NCBI GenBank assembly: GCA_038087875.1
Contig: CM075996.1
Location: forward strand, 5,706,001-5,770,000
Reading direction: 5' to 3'
Source: Malacoraja senta
Taxonomy: Eukaryota
Length of the DNA stretch: 64,000 nt
Shown here: piece after piece, positions 52,972-64,000 of the stretch
Layout of the letters: the number at the start of each line of letters is the position of its first letter
How positions within the stretch are numbered: the stretch's first letter is position 1
Notes under the pieces: generated by a model
Databases searched by the model: none
Seen by the model: the letters and a program-made list of their open reading frames with translations, nothing else
Told to the model about the DNA's origin: nothing
Translations under genes and position numbers: made by a program

Positions 52972-55900
52972 AGTAGACCGTATAGCACTTCTCGAAGTGG
53001 GTGCTGCATAGCAACCCCAGTGCTTGCTGATGCAACTTCGTCATCTTTTGGTTGTTACCTGCTATTCTGGTAAAAGCAGTTATTCCAGAACCCAGCAGCT
53101 TTAATATTCTCTGCAACTGATTCCAGATACTCTTGCAGTCTCATCCATTTCATGCTGTTCCAGCTAATGGTAAACCAAGTAATTTATTAAGGAGGCCAGT
53201 TCTTCCTAATGGCTCTCCTGACCCTGACGGGGCAGCGAATCCTACTACCAGGGGTGGAACATCTGGCAGCTGCCTTTCATCGCCTTGTACAGCCTCACCG
53301 TCAGAGTCGGGGTCTGAAATCTCATGACCCGTAGCACGCTCCTCATTCCTGAGGGTGCATTCCATCAGCCCTGAGCCAGGTGCTGTTAAGCTGCTCCTGC
53401 AGCTTGGATTACAGTACACTCCTTCCTGAGTGAACTTTTGCTCCAACAACCTATGAAAAAGGCTTCTATTTGGGCAATACGCTCGAAAGCAGTATCTAGC
53501 CCTGTACCAGGAGCTGTTTGAGCTGTTTCCAGCAGCTTGGCTTTCAGAACACTCCTCCCTGAGTGAACTTTGCTCCAACAGCCTGTGTAAAAGGCTTTCT
53601 ATTTGGGCAATACGCTCTAAAGCAGTATCTAGCCCTGGAGCTTCTTCATTGCCTGGGACTCCCTCCGTTGGGATTTAAACTTCGTCTTTTGCCCGACAGG
53701 CGCTGACTGTGTTTTCACCAGCCCCAGGTCCACAGTCGCTATGCTCACCGCTGGCGACTGTACCGGGGTTTAGAGGCGGTTGGTCTCTAACCGCGGACTC
53801 CCGACTTTCCCGACTTCTGTCGGCTATGTCGCTCGCCTCTTCCCCCTGTCCGTTTTTTCCCATGGCGTCTGTGGAAAAAATCGCCATAGACCCACAGTAA
53901 ACGGACCTGGAAAACCTGTAAAAAAGTTTTTACTTACCTTGTAGTTGAAAAACTACAAACCACTCGAGGAGCACTGATCCTCACGTCCATTTGCGTCAAG
54001 GCGTCTGACGTAATGACGCGCAGGCGCACTGGCGGGGTTCTTCACGTAGTCACTCACGTGACTCCGAAGTAAAATAGCCTGATGGCTGTAGGGAAGAAGC
54101 TGTTCCTGAATCTGGATGTTACAGTTTTCAGGCTCCTGTACCTTCTTCCTGGTGGCAGTGGTGAAATGAGTATGAGGCCAGGATGGTGTGGTTCTCTGAT
54201 GATGTTGGCTGCCTTTTTGCGACTCCGATAAATCCCTTCGATGGTGGGGAGGTCAGAGCCGGTGGTGGACTGGGCATCATTGTAATATTGGGTAATTTTA
54301 TCTTCCCTAATATTGATTGGACTCCTCTTGCACCAAGGGCAAGTGGGGGGCTTTTAACAGTGAGATTGGGAGAATTCAGAGCGAGCATGTCCCTGTTAGA
54401 GTAGCATGGTCAGGAAACCCTGGTTCACGAGAGATATTGAGATTCTGGTTAGTAAAAGGAGGTGGCATATGTCAGTTATAGGCTGCTGGAATCAAGCAAA
54501 TGCATTGAGTAGTATAAGTGATGTATTAGTCCACTTGAGGGAAATCAATTACTTGAGGCAAAAAGAGATCATAAAATAGCTTAGAGGCAGATAAGGTAAA
54601 GGAGAATCCCAGTCTAAATATATGATGGAGTGTTGAGCTGCTATCATAAGAAGATGCATCAGCTCATTTTACACCAACACTAAAATTCACATTCAGCATT
54701 TAAGAGTCCTTGGAGAGAGGTGCATTTTAAAGGTTTTGTTTGACATGTAACTTTTATTACTTTATTTTTGGAGTCACGATTAGTTGACAATCTGCTCTTT
54801 AAAGCACTTTCCATGCCTAATGGAATTCAATGTCATGAATTAATCAAAATGTATTAATACCAGTTTAAAGTTGTGATTTCTAACTACTTTGTTAATATTA
54901 GTTCTTAGTACCACTTTTGCATGTAATCATGTAATATGGTTCAGAATTTACAGTATGTGGAAACTGTTTCTTTTCCCTGGAGACAGCTTCGCTTCCAACT
55001 GAGATGTGGTCTAATGGCAAAATAAAGGCTTTTGTATATAATCAGACAATGCAACTGAAAATGTTGGAAAAACATTAAACCATGATAATGGAATAATACG
55101 GTATAGATGTAGGCCACTCAGCCTCTTGTTCTTGTGCTGGCTCTTTGGTACAACCATCAATTTGTCCACAACCTTGTTCATTTGCCATGCCCCTGTAATT
55201 AATTTCTCCTCAGCTGCTTATTCAGTTCTCTTTTGAAGCTAATTAAAGAGTTCTTCCACCATCTTTACAGGCAGTGCATTCCAGATTATAACATGTACTG
55301 CACAAAAAAATGATTCTTTACAAGTCCTTCCCAGGTTACAATATTCCATTCCTGAAAACTGTCCATAACCCAAACAGTTCATAGATCAGAAATGCAGCCA
55401 CCTGCCAATATATAAAACATAGGCTAACCAAGTTAAACCAGGGGGTTAAATTTGCATGAGCAGTGGGTAGTTATGACAGTTTAAATTATGGAGATACAAT
55501 GTAAAGAAAAGAAGATAAGTACAGACCTATGGGGAAAAAGGCAGCTTTTAGGAGCATGATTAGCTTTACTGCTGTGCAGACTGCCCGTGTGAACTTGAAA
55601 GTCGAATAGTCTCCTTACATCTTGTCATTATGCTCTGAATATATGGACTTCAACTGCTTGAACCTTTTCACCATTTAGAAAGCATTCACGACTACAGTGT
55701 TTATTTACAAGGTGGATCCCCTTACATTTGCCTACTTTGGAGTTGACTTGCCATTATTTTCCCTATTTGTTTAATCTATTAAATATGTATTTTGTAATTG
55801 AAACTTCCATCCAGCTTTGCCCATGCTTGTCAACCCTTCTTAAGCTTAAAGTATGTAAGAGCTTTCAACTCTAAAGAAATTCAATTATTAAACAGAAAAC

Positions 55901-56081
55901 ACATTTTGACAGATAACAATAACACAAAATTATGGCAATAAAAAATGAAAAAAAAGTTGCAGAACCATTACATTTTGATAAGCTTCCCTTCCTTTCTTCT
56001 AAGGGGCTTGATAGGGAACTTGCAGGGAGGATGTTTCTCCAAGCTGAGAGAGCTAGACCAGTGCATACAGTTTTAAACTAA

Positions 56082-56800
56082 CGGTAGACACAAAGTGCTG
56101 GAGTAACTGCGGGACAGGCAGCATCTCTGGAGATAAAAGATGGGTGACGTTTCGGGTCAGGACCCTTCTTCAGACTGAAAGTCGGGGGCGGGGGGGAGGG
56201 TGAAGAGGTGAAGGTGAGAAAAGGTCAGGACCAATCAGAGCCAGCCGCAAATTACCTCAGGCCTAGTAGGTCCACAGTTGGCTGGGGAAGGTGTGATCTC
56301 CAGAGAAACAATGTGGAGAACTGTGGAACTGGTAAAACGACTAGGAAGGAGGCAAGGGGGGGGGGGGGGGGGGGGGAATATGTGATGAAGTTATTCAAAA
56401 TTAAAGAACTCAATGTTCATACCGCTGGATTATAAGCAACCCAAGCAAAATATGAGGTGCTGTTCGTCCAATTTGCCTGTGTCCTCACTCCAGCAATGGG
56501 ATAAGCACAGGACAAAAAGGTAAGTATTTGAACGTGAAGGGGAGTTAAAATGGTTGTCAACTGGGAGAACATGTACGCCTAGGCGGACCAAGCGAAAGTG
56601 TACAGCGAAACGACCGTTGAGTCTGCACTTCATCTCATACTCTCCTCCCCTTTCCCTCTTTACCCCCTTCCTCCCCCCCTCCCCTTTTCAGTCTGAAGAA
56701 GGGTCCCGACCCGAAATGTCACATCCTATTTCGCCAGAGATGCTGCCAGCACTTTGAGTCTATCTTTGGTATAAACCAGCATCTGAGTTCTTTGTTTCTA
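56082..56800 (-). mobile_element. Penelope-like element with terminal repeats in inverted orientation
   Basis: Minus-strand GIY-YIG tail at 56400-56636; hammerhead-like motifs on the minus strand (about 56145-56176) and plus strand (about 56691-56720). Confidence 0.8.
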
Positions 56801-57147
56801 CTTTAACTATTTCTCTACTCTACTCTATTTAGAACTGAGATAAGGAGAAATTTCTTCAATTAGAGGGATGTGAGTTTAAAATTCTCTACCCTGGAGGCCT
56901 GTCGAAGTTCAGACATAATCATTCAAAATAGAAATCAATAAAATCGATGGATGTGGGAATTCCACTGCAAAATGTAATTGAAGTAGAAAATCGGCTATGA
57001 ACTTGATGAATGAAGAGCAAGTTTAAATTACCAGATTTCATTCTTTTATTGCTATTTATGATGTTCAATCAATTGATTAATTGAAAGTGTTAAAGTTTTT
57101 AATGATATTGGGAACCTTACACTGGAAATTCTTTGTTCTTTTTCCAG

Positions 57148-60100
57148 AAATATTTGCAAATGTCATCTGCTTGAATGTGAATGCTGTGAGGGAGTACATT
57201 CGAAAAGCTCTTCCTGAAGACTGGACTAAAACACTTGGTCATGTAACATGGGATCTCATAAATAGACAGCACCCTCCAGTGCACTGGCTTTCAGGATTTT
57301 GGGATTTCCTGAATAACAATTGTAAAACGCTAGAGAAATTTGAAGGGTTACCACTCATACCACTCAACTCACTTAAAGATTGCGTGAACAGTATCCAACT
57401 CGCACATTTATCGAAGAACATTACGACAATTTTTCGAATGCAAAATGGTTACAATTTACCAGATACAATTGCAAGTATAATTACGAGAGTTGGAGGCAGT
57501 ATTGTTCAAGACTGTGACGAATTTCTAAAGCATCAGCAGTTATCTGAGTATGTATTTTCACCCAATCCAAATAATGTTTTAAAAGTATTTTTGAATCTGG
57601 GTTGTGATCGAGCAGTAAAAGAGATTGGTTCTATGTCAATTGAAGACAGAAGATCTTTGAGAGGTTTTCTTGCCGAAGCATCCATTTTTGAGACGGATGA
57701 GATAAATCTGTTATTCAAGTTACCAATCTTTCACCAGATGACTTCCCTTCGGCCTACAAATAAAGGACTTATCACAGCTGGAACACATGGAGCCCTGAGT
57801 AATGATGTTTATCCTGAGATCCCAGATGATATGCCTCTACCAGAAACTGTGCTTAAATGTGTTGATGAAAATGACAGGAAACTGCTGCTGATGAAAGGAA
57901 AGTTACTGACAGCAGCAGATGTTGCTTTGCTTATGATGAAGGGAATAGAGACCCAAAAGTATGAGCCTGAACAAATTGAAAAGGTGATGCTCTGGATTCT
58001 AAAAAATAGTGAGGTACTTTTTAAACAGAAGCCAGAATTATTCAATAGGTGCAAAGCACTTAGATTTTTAACTTCAAAGGACAAGGTTGTCGAAGCTTCT
58101 ACTTTATTTGATCCAAATAATGAGGCTTTTCAGCATCTGTTTCAGCCAGAATATCAGCACTTGTTTCCCCCTCCACTTTATTGTAAGGATGAGAAAAGTT
58201 TACAGACATTGCAAAAACTTGGGCTGAAGTCAAAAGATGACAATATTTCACCAGATGACCTTTTAAAGGTTGCGCAATTGATAGATAAACAACATAACCA
58301 TACTAGTGACATTGACGGTCTTTGTAAAAAAGCAGAAGCTTTGATTAAATTGTGCAATACAACTTCAGTTTTGGCTATCAGTTCTTATCAAACTGTGGAA
58401 CAATTATGTTCTTTGCAATGGGTGCCCTGTAACAGTCGCCCAAAAGCATTGACAGAACTTACGAAAGAAAAGATTGATTTTAATAAACTTGAAGATGTAA
58501 GAGATTCAAGATATGCTAACCTCGTTGGGCTAGTGATGCCACTTACTGACAAGTTTACAGAGAAGGCAGGCAAAATCTTGGGACTGCTGAACTTACCACC
58601 AGCTGGGAAGGTAGTTGAACATTTCCTATTAATAATTGACCAGATGTCCAACATCAGCAACACTCAGCACAATTTTGTGGTGGATTTGCAAACCATATAT
58701 GATTACATGCAAAAAAACCTTGGTCAATTTAAGTCACTCCTCTTGGCTATAGAACAGCCATGGGTATGGAATGGGGCTGGGTTTGCACACCCTCAAAATA
58801 TTGTTTTCTCCTATCCTGAGGATTTGGATCTCAGTGGTTATGTCAGGAAAGTCCCAAAGGAAATATCTCAACACAGAGAGTTGCTACTTGAATGTGGGGT
58901 GAAAACTGGCTACAACAACCGTGAAATTATTCAAATACTTTATCAGATAAGAGATAATACAGTTAAAACGAATGCTGGCTATGGTAACCCAAATGAATTG
59001 TGGACTATTATTTCCATATTAGATTGGATGCGTAGAAATAACATACCACCAAATAATGACCTTCCAGTGCCTGTGTGGAAAGGCACCCAGGGTGGATTCT
59101 GCTTGACACCATGTTCCAAGGCTGTTTTATGTGATTTAGATAAGGGAGCATTGGAGGCATTTAATAAATGCGAAGAAAATATTCATATTCTTCATAAAGA
59201 AATAAGCCTTGCCATTATTGAGTGGCTTAATGTGCCCCCTTTAAGCAGCAAAATGCAGCATTCTGAATTAATTGGAATTGAGCAATATGGCCAGGTGGAA
59301 CCCATTGTACTGAGAATTAAGAACATTTTGAAAGAATATGATCAGGAGCATGATCTCTTCAAAGAGCTGCTTCAGAATGCTGAAGATGCTGGTTCTGCAC
59401 TTTGTAGTTTCCTAGTAGACATGAGACAACACAAAGATTTACCAGAAAGTTTAATTGATCCTGGTATGGCTTTATGCCATGGACCAGCACTCTGGTCATA
59501 CAACAATGAGTGTTTCACTGATGAAGATTTCCGCAATATAACTAGAATTGGAACAGCTTCGAAAGAAAACCAAGTTGATAAGATTGGTAAATTTGGACTT
59601 GGATTTAATTCTGTTTATCATATAACTGATGTACCATCGATCCTCAGTGGAAAATATTTACTTATATTCGATCCAAACGTTACCCATCTCAAGAAATATA
59701 TTCATTCTGTATCGAACCCTGGAATAAAGCTTGATCTTTTTGAGCATAGACGATTAATTCAAAAATTTCCTGGACAGTTTAGCCCCTACAATGGAATATT
59801 TGGATGTAATTTTAAAATTTCCACTGGAGAAAATTTCTATTATGATGGGACTCTCATTAAGTTACCCTTCAGGACTCCAGAGGAGGCTGCAGTATCCGGG
59901 ATCTCCAACAAGTATTATAATCAGAAACACATCATGACTTTGGTGGATAGTTTCAAACAGACATCAAAAGATCTCATCATATTCTTAAAGAACGTGAGAA
60001 AGGTTTCACTGAAATTTATTAATGAGCATACATCTCATGAAAACCAGCTAATCTCTGTATTCAAAATGGAAAGGCAAATAATTAACATCATTGAAATGGC

Positions 60101-63100
60101 AGATAATTTCCCACTAAAGAAAATGCAAGAAAATGCTGTGAATATATTGGAGAGCACAAATAAATTCTCTAAAAAAATCAGAAATCTGAGGATCTCAACT
60201 ATCATACAGATTACAGAAGAAACAATCGATAATCCCAGTCATGTAAGGTATTGGTTGGTTCATTCATGTTTTGGAATGGCAAAGGCCTTGCAGATTGCAT
60301 GCAGTAAAGCGGCAAATGCTTATTTTGCCCCTCCTCTTGGAAGTGTGGCTATTCCACTCAAAAAGAAGAAAGAAACTGGACACTGGACTCCAAACACAGA
60401 ATCCCATGTGGGACAGGTGTTTTGTTTTCTGCCACTTTCTCTTCAGTGTGGTCTTCCCATTCACATTAATGGATCTTTTGCTGTAACCTCAAATAGGAAG
60501 AATCTTTGGAGCTCTGGACCAAAGGGAGATTGGAATCAAGCCCTACTGGAAGATGCTGTTTCTGCAGCTTACATCACATCTATTTCACTTATGCAGCAAA
60601 TGTCTCAAAAAGGAGAATTTGAAAATTATGATTACTTCACATTTTGGCCTAATGTGAAAAATGTGGATAAACAGTTTAGAGTCATTGTGGATAATTTCTA
60701 CAGAGCGATTGCACATGGAATTAATGGTGTTAGAGTGAAAGCATTTAGCAATGGAAAAGACTGGTGCCCAATAAACCATGCTCGATTTTTGGATTCTTCA
60801 ATTATTGAATGCAAAAAAATTGGAGGGGCTGCAATTACAGAATTTTCCAAATACCTATCAAAGCCCTTAATTTCAGTTAATTTACCAGAATGGGTTAAGC
60901 AGGGCTTCGTTGCCAGTGGATGTGGGCATTTGATTGAGCAAAACACATATATTTGGGAGTCATTTTACAAGGAAATTATATTTCAGAACTTAAAGGATAT
61001 AAATCACAAGATTAGGAATGATTTTATTATTTATGCAATTGATATGAGAGATTCATTTATTGATGAAATGCTAGTGACAAAACCATGCATTCCATCTAGT
61101 GGAAAGAGAGATCTCCAATACATTAAACATCTTGTACATCCAGAAGGCAAAGTTGCTTGTCTTTATGATGAAGAAGAAGGGCGATTCCCCTTTGGAACTG
61201 CTAAGGATTTTCTCCATCCTGAGAGACTGTTAAGATTTGAAATTCTTGGGATGGTAAAAGATAAAATTAATTTTCTTGATTTAATTAACAGGGTGGAGAC
61301 AATTGCGCAAATATGGCCCCTTGATAAGAACAAAGCATATCAAAGAGTTCGGCATATTTTGGAATTGCTCAAAGATTTTGATGAAATCAACAGTTGTGAC
61401 CAGGAAATTTTACAAAATGTTCCATTTCTCCCTGCTTTTCTCCCATTTAGTCAGGAAAAAAATAGTACTTTAGATACTGTTGTTTTAATGAAAGCAAAGG
61501 ATGTATACAGTTGCAAATACTATGCACTGGTAAATATGACAGAAATGGTTTTAGACAAAGAGCTGTTGAAAGGGATCAAACTGTCTACAGAAGCCATTTT
61601 TCTTCTAAGTTTAAACAAACAACCACCTGTTGAGATTGTGTTGAAACAACTGAAGCAGGCGTCTATGTGTAAAAAATTGGCAATGAGTGATCTGAAGAGA
61701 TTAACTAAAGAATGTTACATCTACTTGACTAAACAATTAAAGGGAGATCCAGAATCAAAAAAGCTGATCTTAAGTGCTGCTCAAGAATTCCCTTTTATTT
61801 TAGTTCATGGACAGTTTATCTCTGTGAACCTGGTTGCAAGGAAGGTTTCATTTGATGCTGCTCCATACCTATATGAACTTCCCAAAGAATATATAGAGTG
61901 TGACGAATTGTGGAAATGCCTCGAGATCAAAGAACAGTTTAAACTACAAGATTACATCTCTGTCCTGAAAGGAATGTCGGAGAAATATAATGGAACAAGG
62001 CTCTCAGATAGCGATCTTGCTGTGTGTCTTAGAATTGTTACAACAGGATTCACTGAGGCTTCCGAACAGGAGGAAACCTTGCAGAATGTTCTCCTACCCA
62101 ATCAACACTGCATCCTTCATTCTGCTCAAATGTTACAATACAATGACACACCATGGCTTGTTGTAGGAGATGATGTCAATCTCTGCCATAATCAGATAGC
62201 TAGAGAAACAGCTGTCCGCTTCCTTGTTCAAACAACTAAAGACAAGGCAATGAAAAATCTGCAAGTCAAAGATTTGTCCTTATGGGCACAGGAATTTGGC
62301 CAACAGGAAAAATTAACAGTTCGTTTAAAAAATATCATAAAAGCTTATCCATCCAAGAAAGATATACTAAAGGAATTAATTCAGAATGCAGATGATGCTG
62401 AAGCCTCGGAAATCCATTTTATTTGGGATCCCAGAAAACATGGCAGCACAAAAACTTTTGGTGAGGAATGGAATACACTTCAGGGACCAGCATTGTGTGT
62501 TTACAATAACAAAAAATTCACAGATAAGGACGTTGAAGGTATACAACAACTTGGGGAAGGAGGCAAACGCAATAGTCCAGAGAAAACTGGAAAGTATGGG
62601 CTTGGTTTTAATTCAGTGTATCATTTGACAGACTGCCCCTCCTTTCTGTCAGGTGACAGAATGCTGTGCATCTTTGATCCTCATTTAGCTGTGCTTGCCA
62701 CAGCAAAGCCACATTCTCCAGGAGGAATGTTTACAGTCAACCAGAAATTTAAAACTACTTTTGAGGATGTTTATACTACTTTTCTTCCTACCTTCTTCAA
62801 GCTTGAATTGGGTACCATGTTCCGATTGCCATTGAGAACAGTAGAAATGGCTGAAAAATCAGATATCTCAAAGCAAGCAGTCACAAAGGATGTAATTCTC
62901 GAATTGCTGGAATTGTTGAAAGCCGATTGTGATAGTCTCCTTTTGTTTTTAAATAATATCAAGAAAATTAGTTTCCACAAAGTGGACAAAAAAACAAGTG
63001 AAATACATGAAATATTTACTGCAGTAATAGAAATATCACAAGAAAGCATTAACAAACAGGAGCAACTGAAGAATTATATACAGAAGTATTCAAATTCAAA

Positions 63101-64000
63101 AGCTATAGTATCTAAAGAAGAATTTCCTCAAGTAACATATGAAATGGAGATTCGTTCTTCTATCAAAAATCCGACCAGATGGATTTTGGCAAATAAAGTG
63201 GGTGTTCATGAAGCAGAAGTTACTGAGACAGTGCAGAACCTTTATTCCAACCTGGGTCAGACATTTTTGCCTCGGGGTTCTGTTGCTGCCTGTATTAACT
63301 GCAGCAGTTTTCAAGGTAAAGCCTTTTGCTTCTTGCCTTTGCCAATAGAAACTGGGCTGCCTGTACACATCAATGGAAACTTTGCTGTTGACTTTGCCAG
63401 GCGAGACCTTTGGAAACAGGATGGCCAGAGCGGAAAGATGAAATGGAACAACTTTTTAAAATTACATCTGATTGCACCTTTGTATGCAGATTTACTTGAT
63501 TACATTCGGACACATTTACCTGGTAATAAAGCAGGTCCACTAAAATTTAACAGTTTGGAATTATGCAGAAACATTGTTGAACCCAGTTATCTCTGGTTCT
63601 TTCCTCATGTCTCTGAAGAAGTTCCTCAGGAATGGCAATTAATGATAAATCAAGTTTACAAATGCATATATCAAAAGGGCCTGTGTCTGATCCCTGTGGT
63701 CAAACATGAAAGTAGTATATTGTGCAATGAGAAGAAAGTTATTCATATTTCTTGGTCCAGTTTGAACAAGGAGAAAAAAGACGAAGTTCCTCACTTTGTA
63801 ACTACTCACATAACAGGAAAACTGACTGAAATTTTAGAAGATATTGGTATGAATTTAGTCTTACAGTCTATCTATATGTCCAAAGTTTTGAAAGCTTTAG
63901 AAAGAGCTTGTTTGGATATCTCTGTTTTGAACCCTGGGACAGTCAGGAAGTTTCTTCTAATCCATCCACTGAACAACACAGAGTCAACAAATAGCAACTA
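57148..64000 (+). CDS. SACS-like: Sacsin-like gene, giant exon 8, running off the window end (sacsin repeats 2 and 3)
   Basis: ttttccag acceptor. The frame with codons starting at 57150 carries YGQVEPIVLRIKNILKEY...KELLQNAEDA (from 59280) and FGQQEKLTVRLKNIIKAYP...KELIQNADDA (from 62280), plus GKFGLGFNSVYH motifs. The ORF track lists no stop-terminated ORF in this frame, consistent with it being open to 64000. Confidence 0.93.

Larger units (their letters stand above)
49289..54072 (-). mobile_element. DIRS-group tyrosine-recombinase retrotransposon, full length but decayed, in intron 7
   Basis: 35-bp ITR (49358-49392 vs 54014-54048). Internal complementary region 49516-49629 matches both termini. 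Gag-like, RT, RNase H, MT and YR coding remnants are present. Confidence 0.93.

Noticed and set aside
57239..63368. Short ORFs listed in the track within this interval
   Set aside because: Antisense or off-frame shadows of the giant sacsin-like exon.

Overview
Vertebrate genomic DNA, most likely a cartilaginous fish (skate/ray-type). This is inferred from the repeat content (HE1-like SINEs, CR1, Penelope-like, Rex1, L2 and RTE elements) and from GT-AG introns. The main gene is a plus-strand, multi-exon sacsin-like gene (about 34145 to beyond 64000). It has three Hsp90-like/GHKL sacsin repeats and no visible N-terminal ubiquitin-like domain, and its giant last exon (57148 to window end) is missing from the ORF track because no stop lies in the window. 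An 11 x 38-bp CCAAT-rich minisatellite sits directly in front of its CpG-rich first exon. Its introns hold a 5'-truncated CR1 LINE and a decayed but end-to-end DIRS tyrosine-recombinase retrotransposon. Upstream is a nested transposon cluster. An RTE LINE is split by a 9.9-kb element with 12-bp TIRs and a 6-bp TSD (12944-22860), and that element contains a young, internally deleted endogenous retrovirus and a Passport-like Tc1 transposon. Many ~95-100-bp Penelope-derived mini-elements with a hammerhead-ribozyme-like core are scattered through the window, several with their own TSDs. A candidate first exon of a minus-strand gene lies at about 9125-9166. No CRISPR, rRNA or true tRNA genes are seen. 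All calls are by eye; no database search was run.
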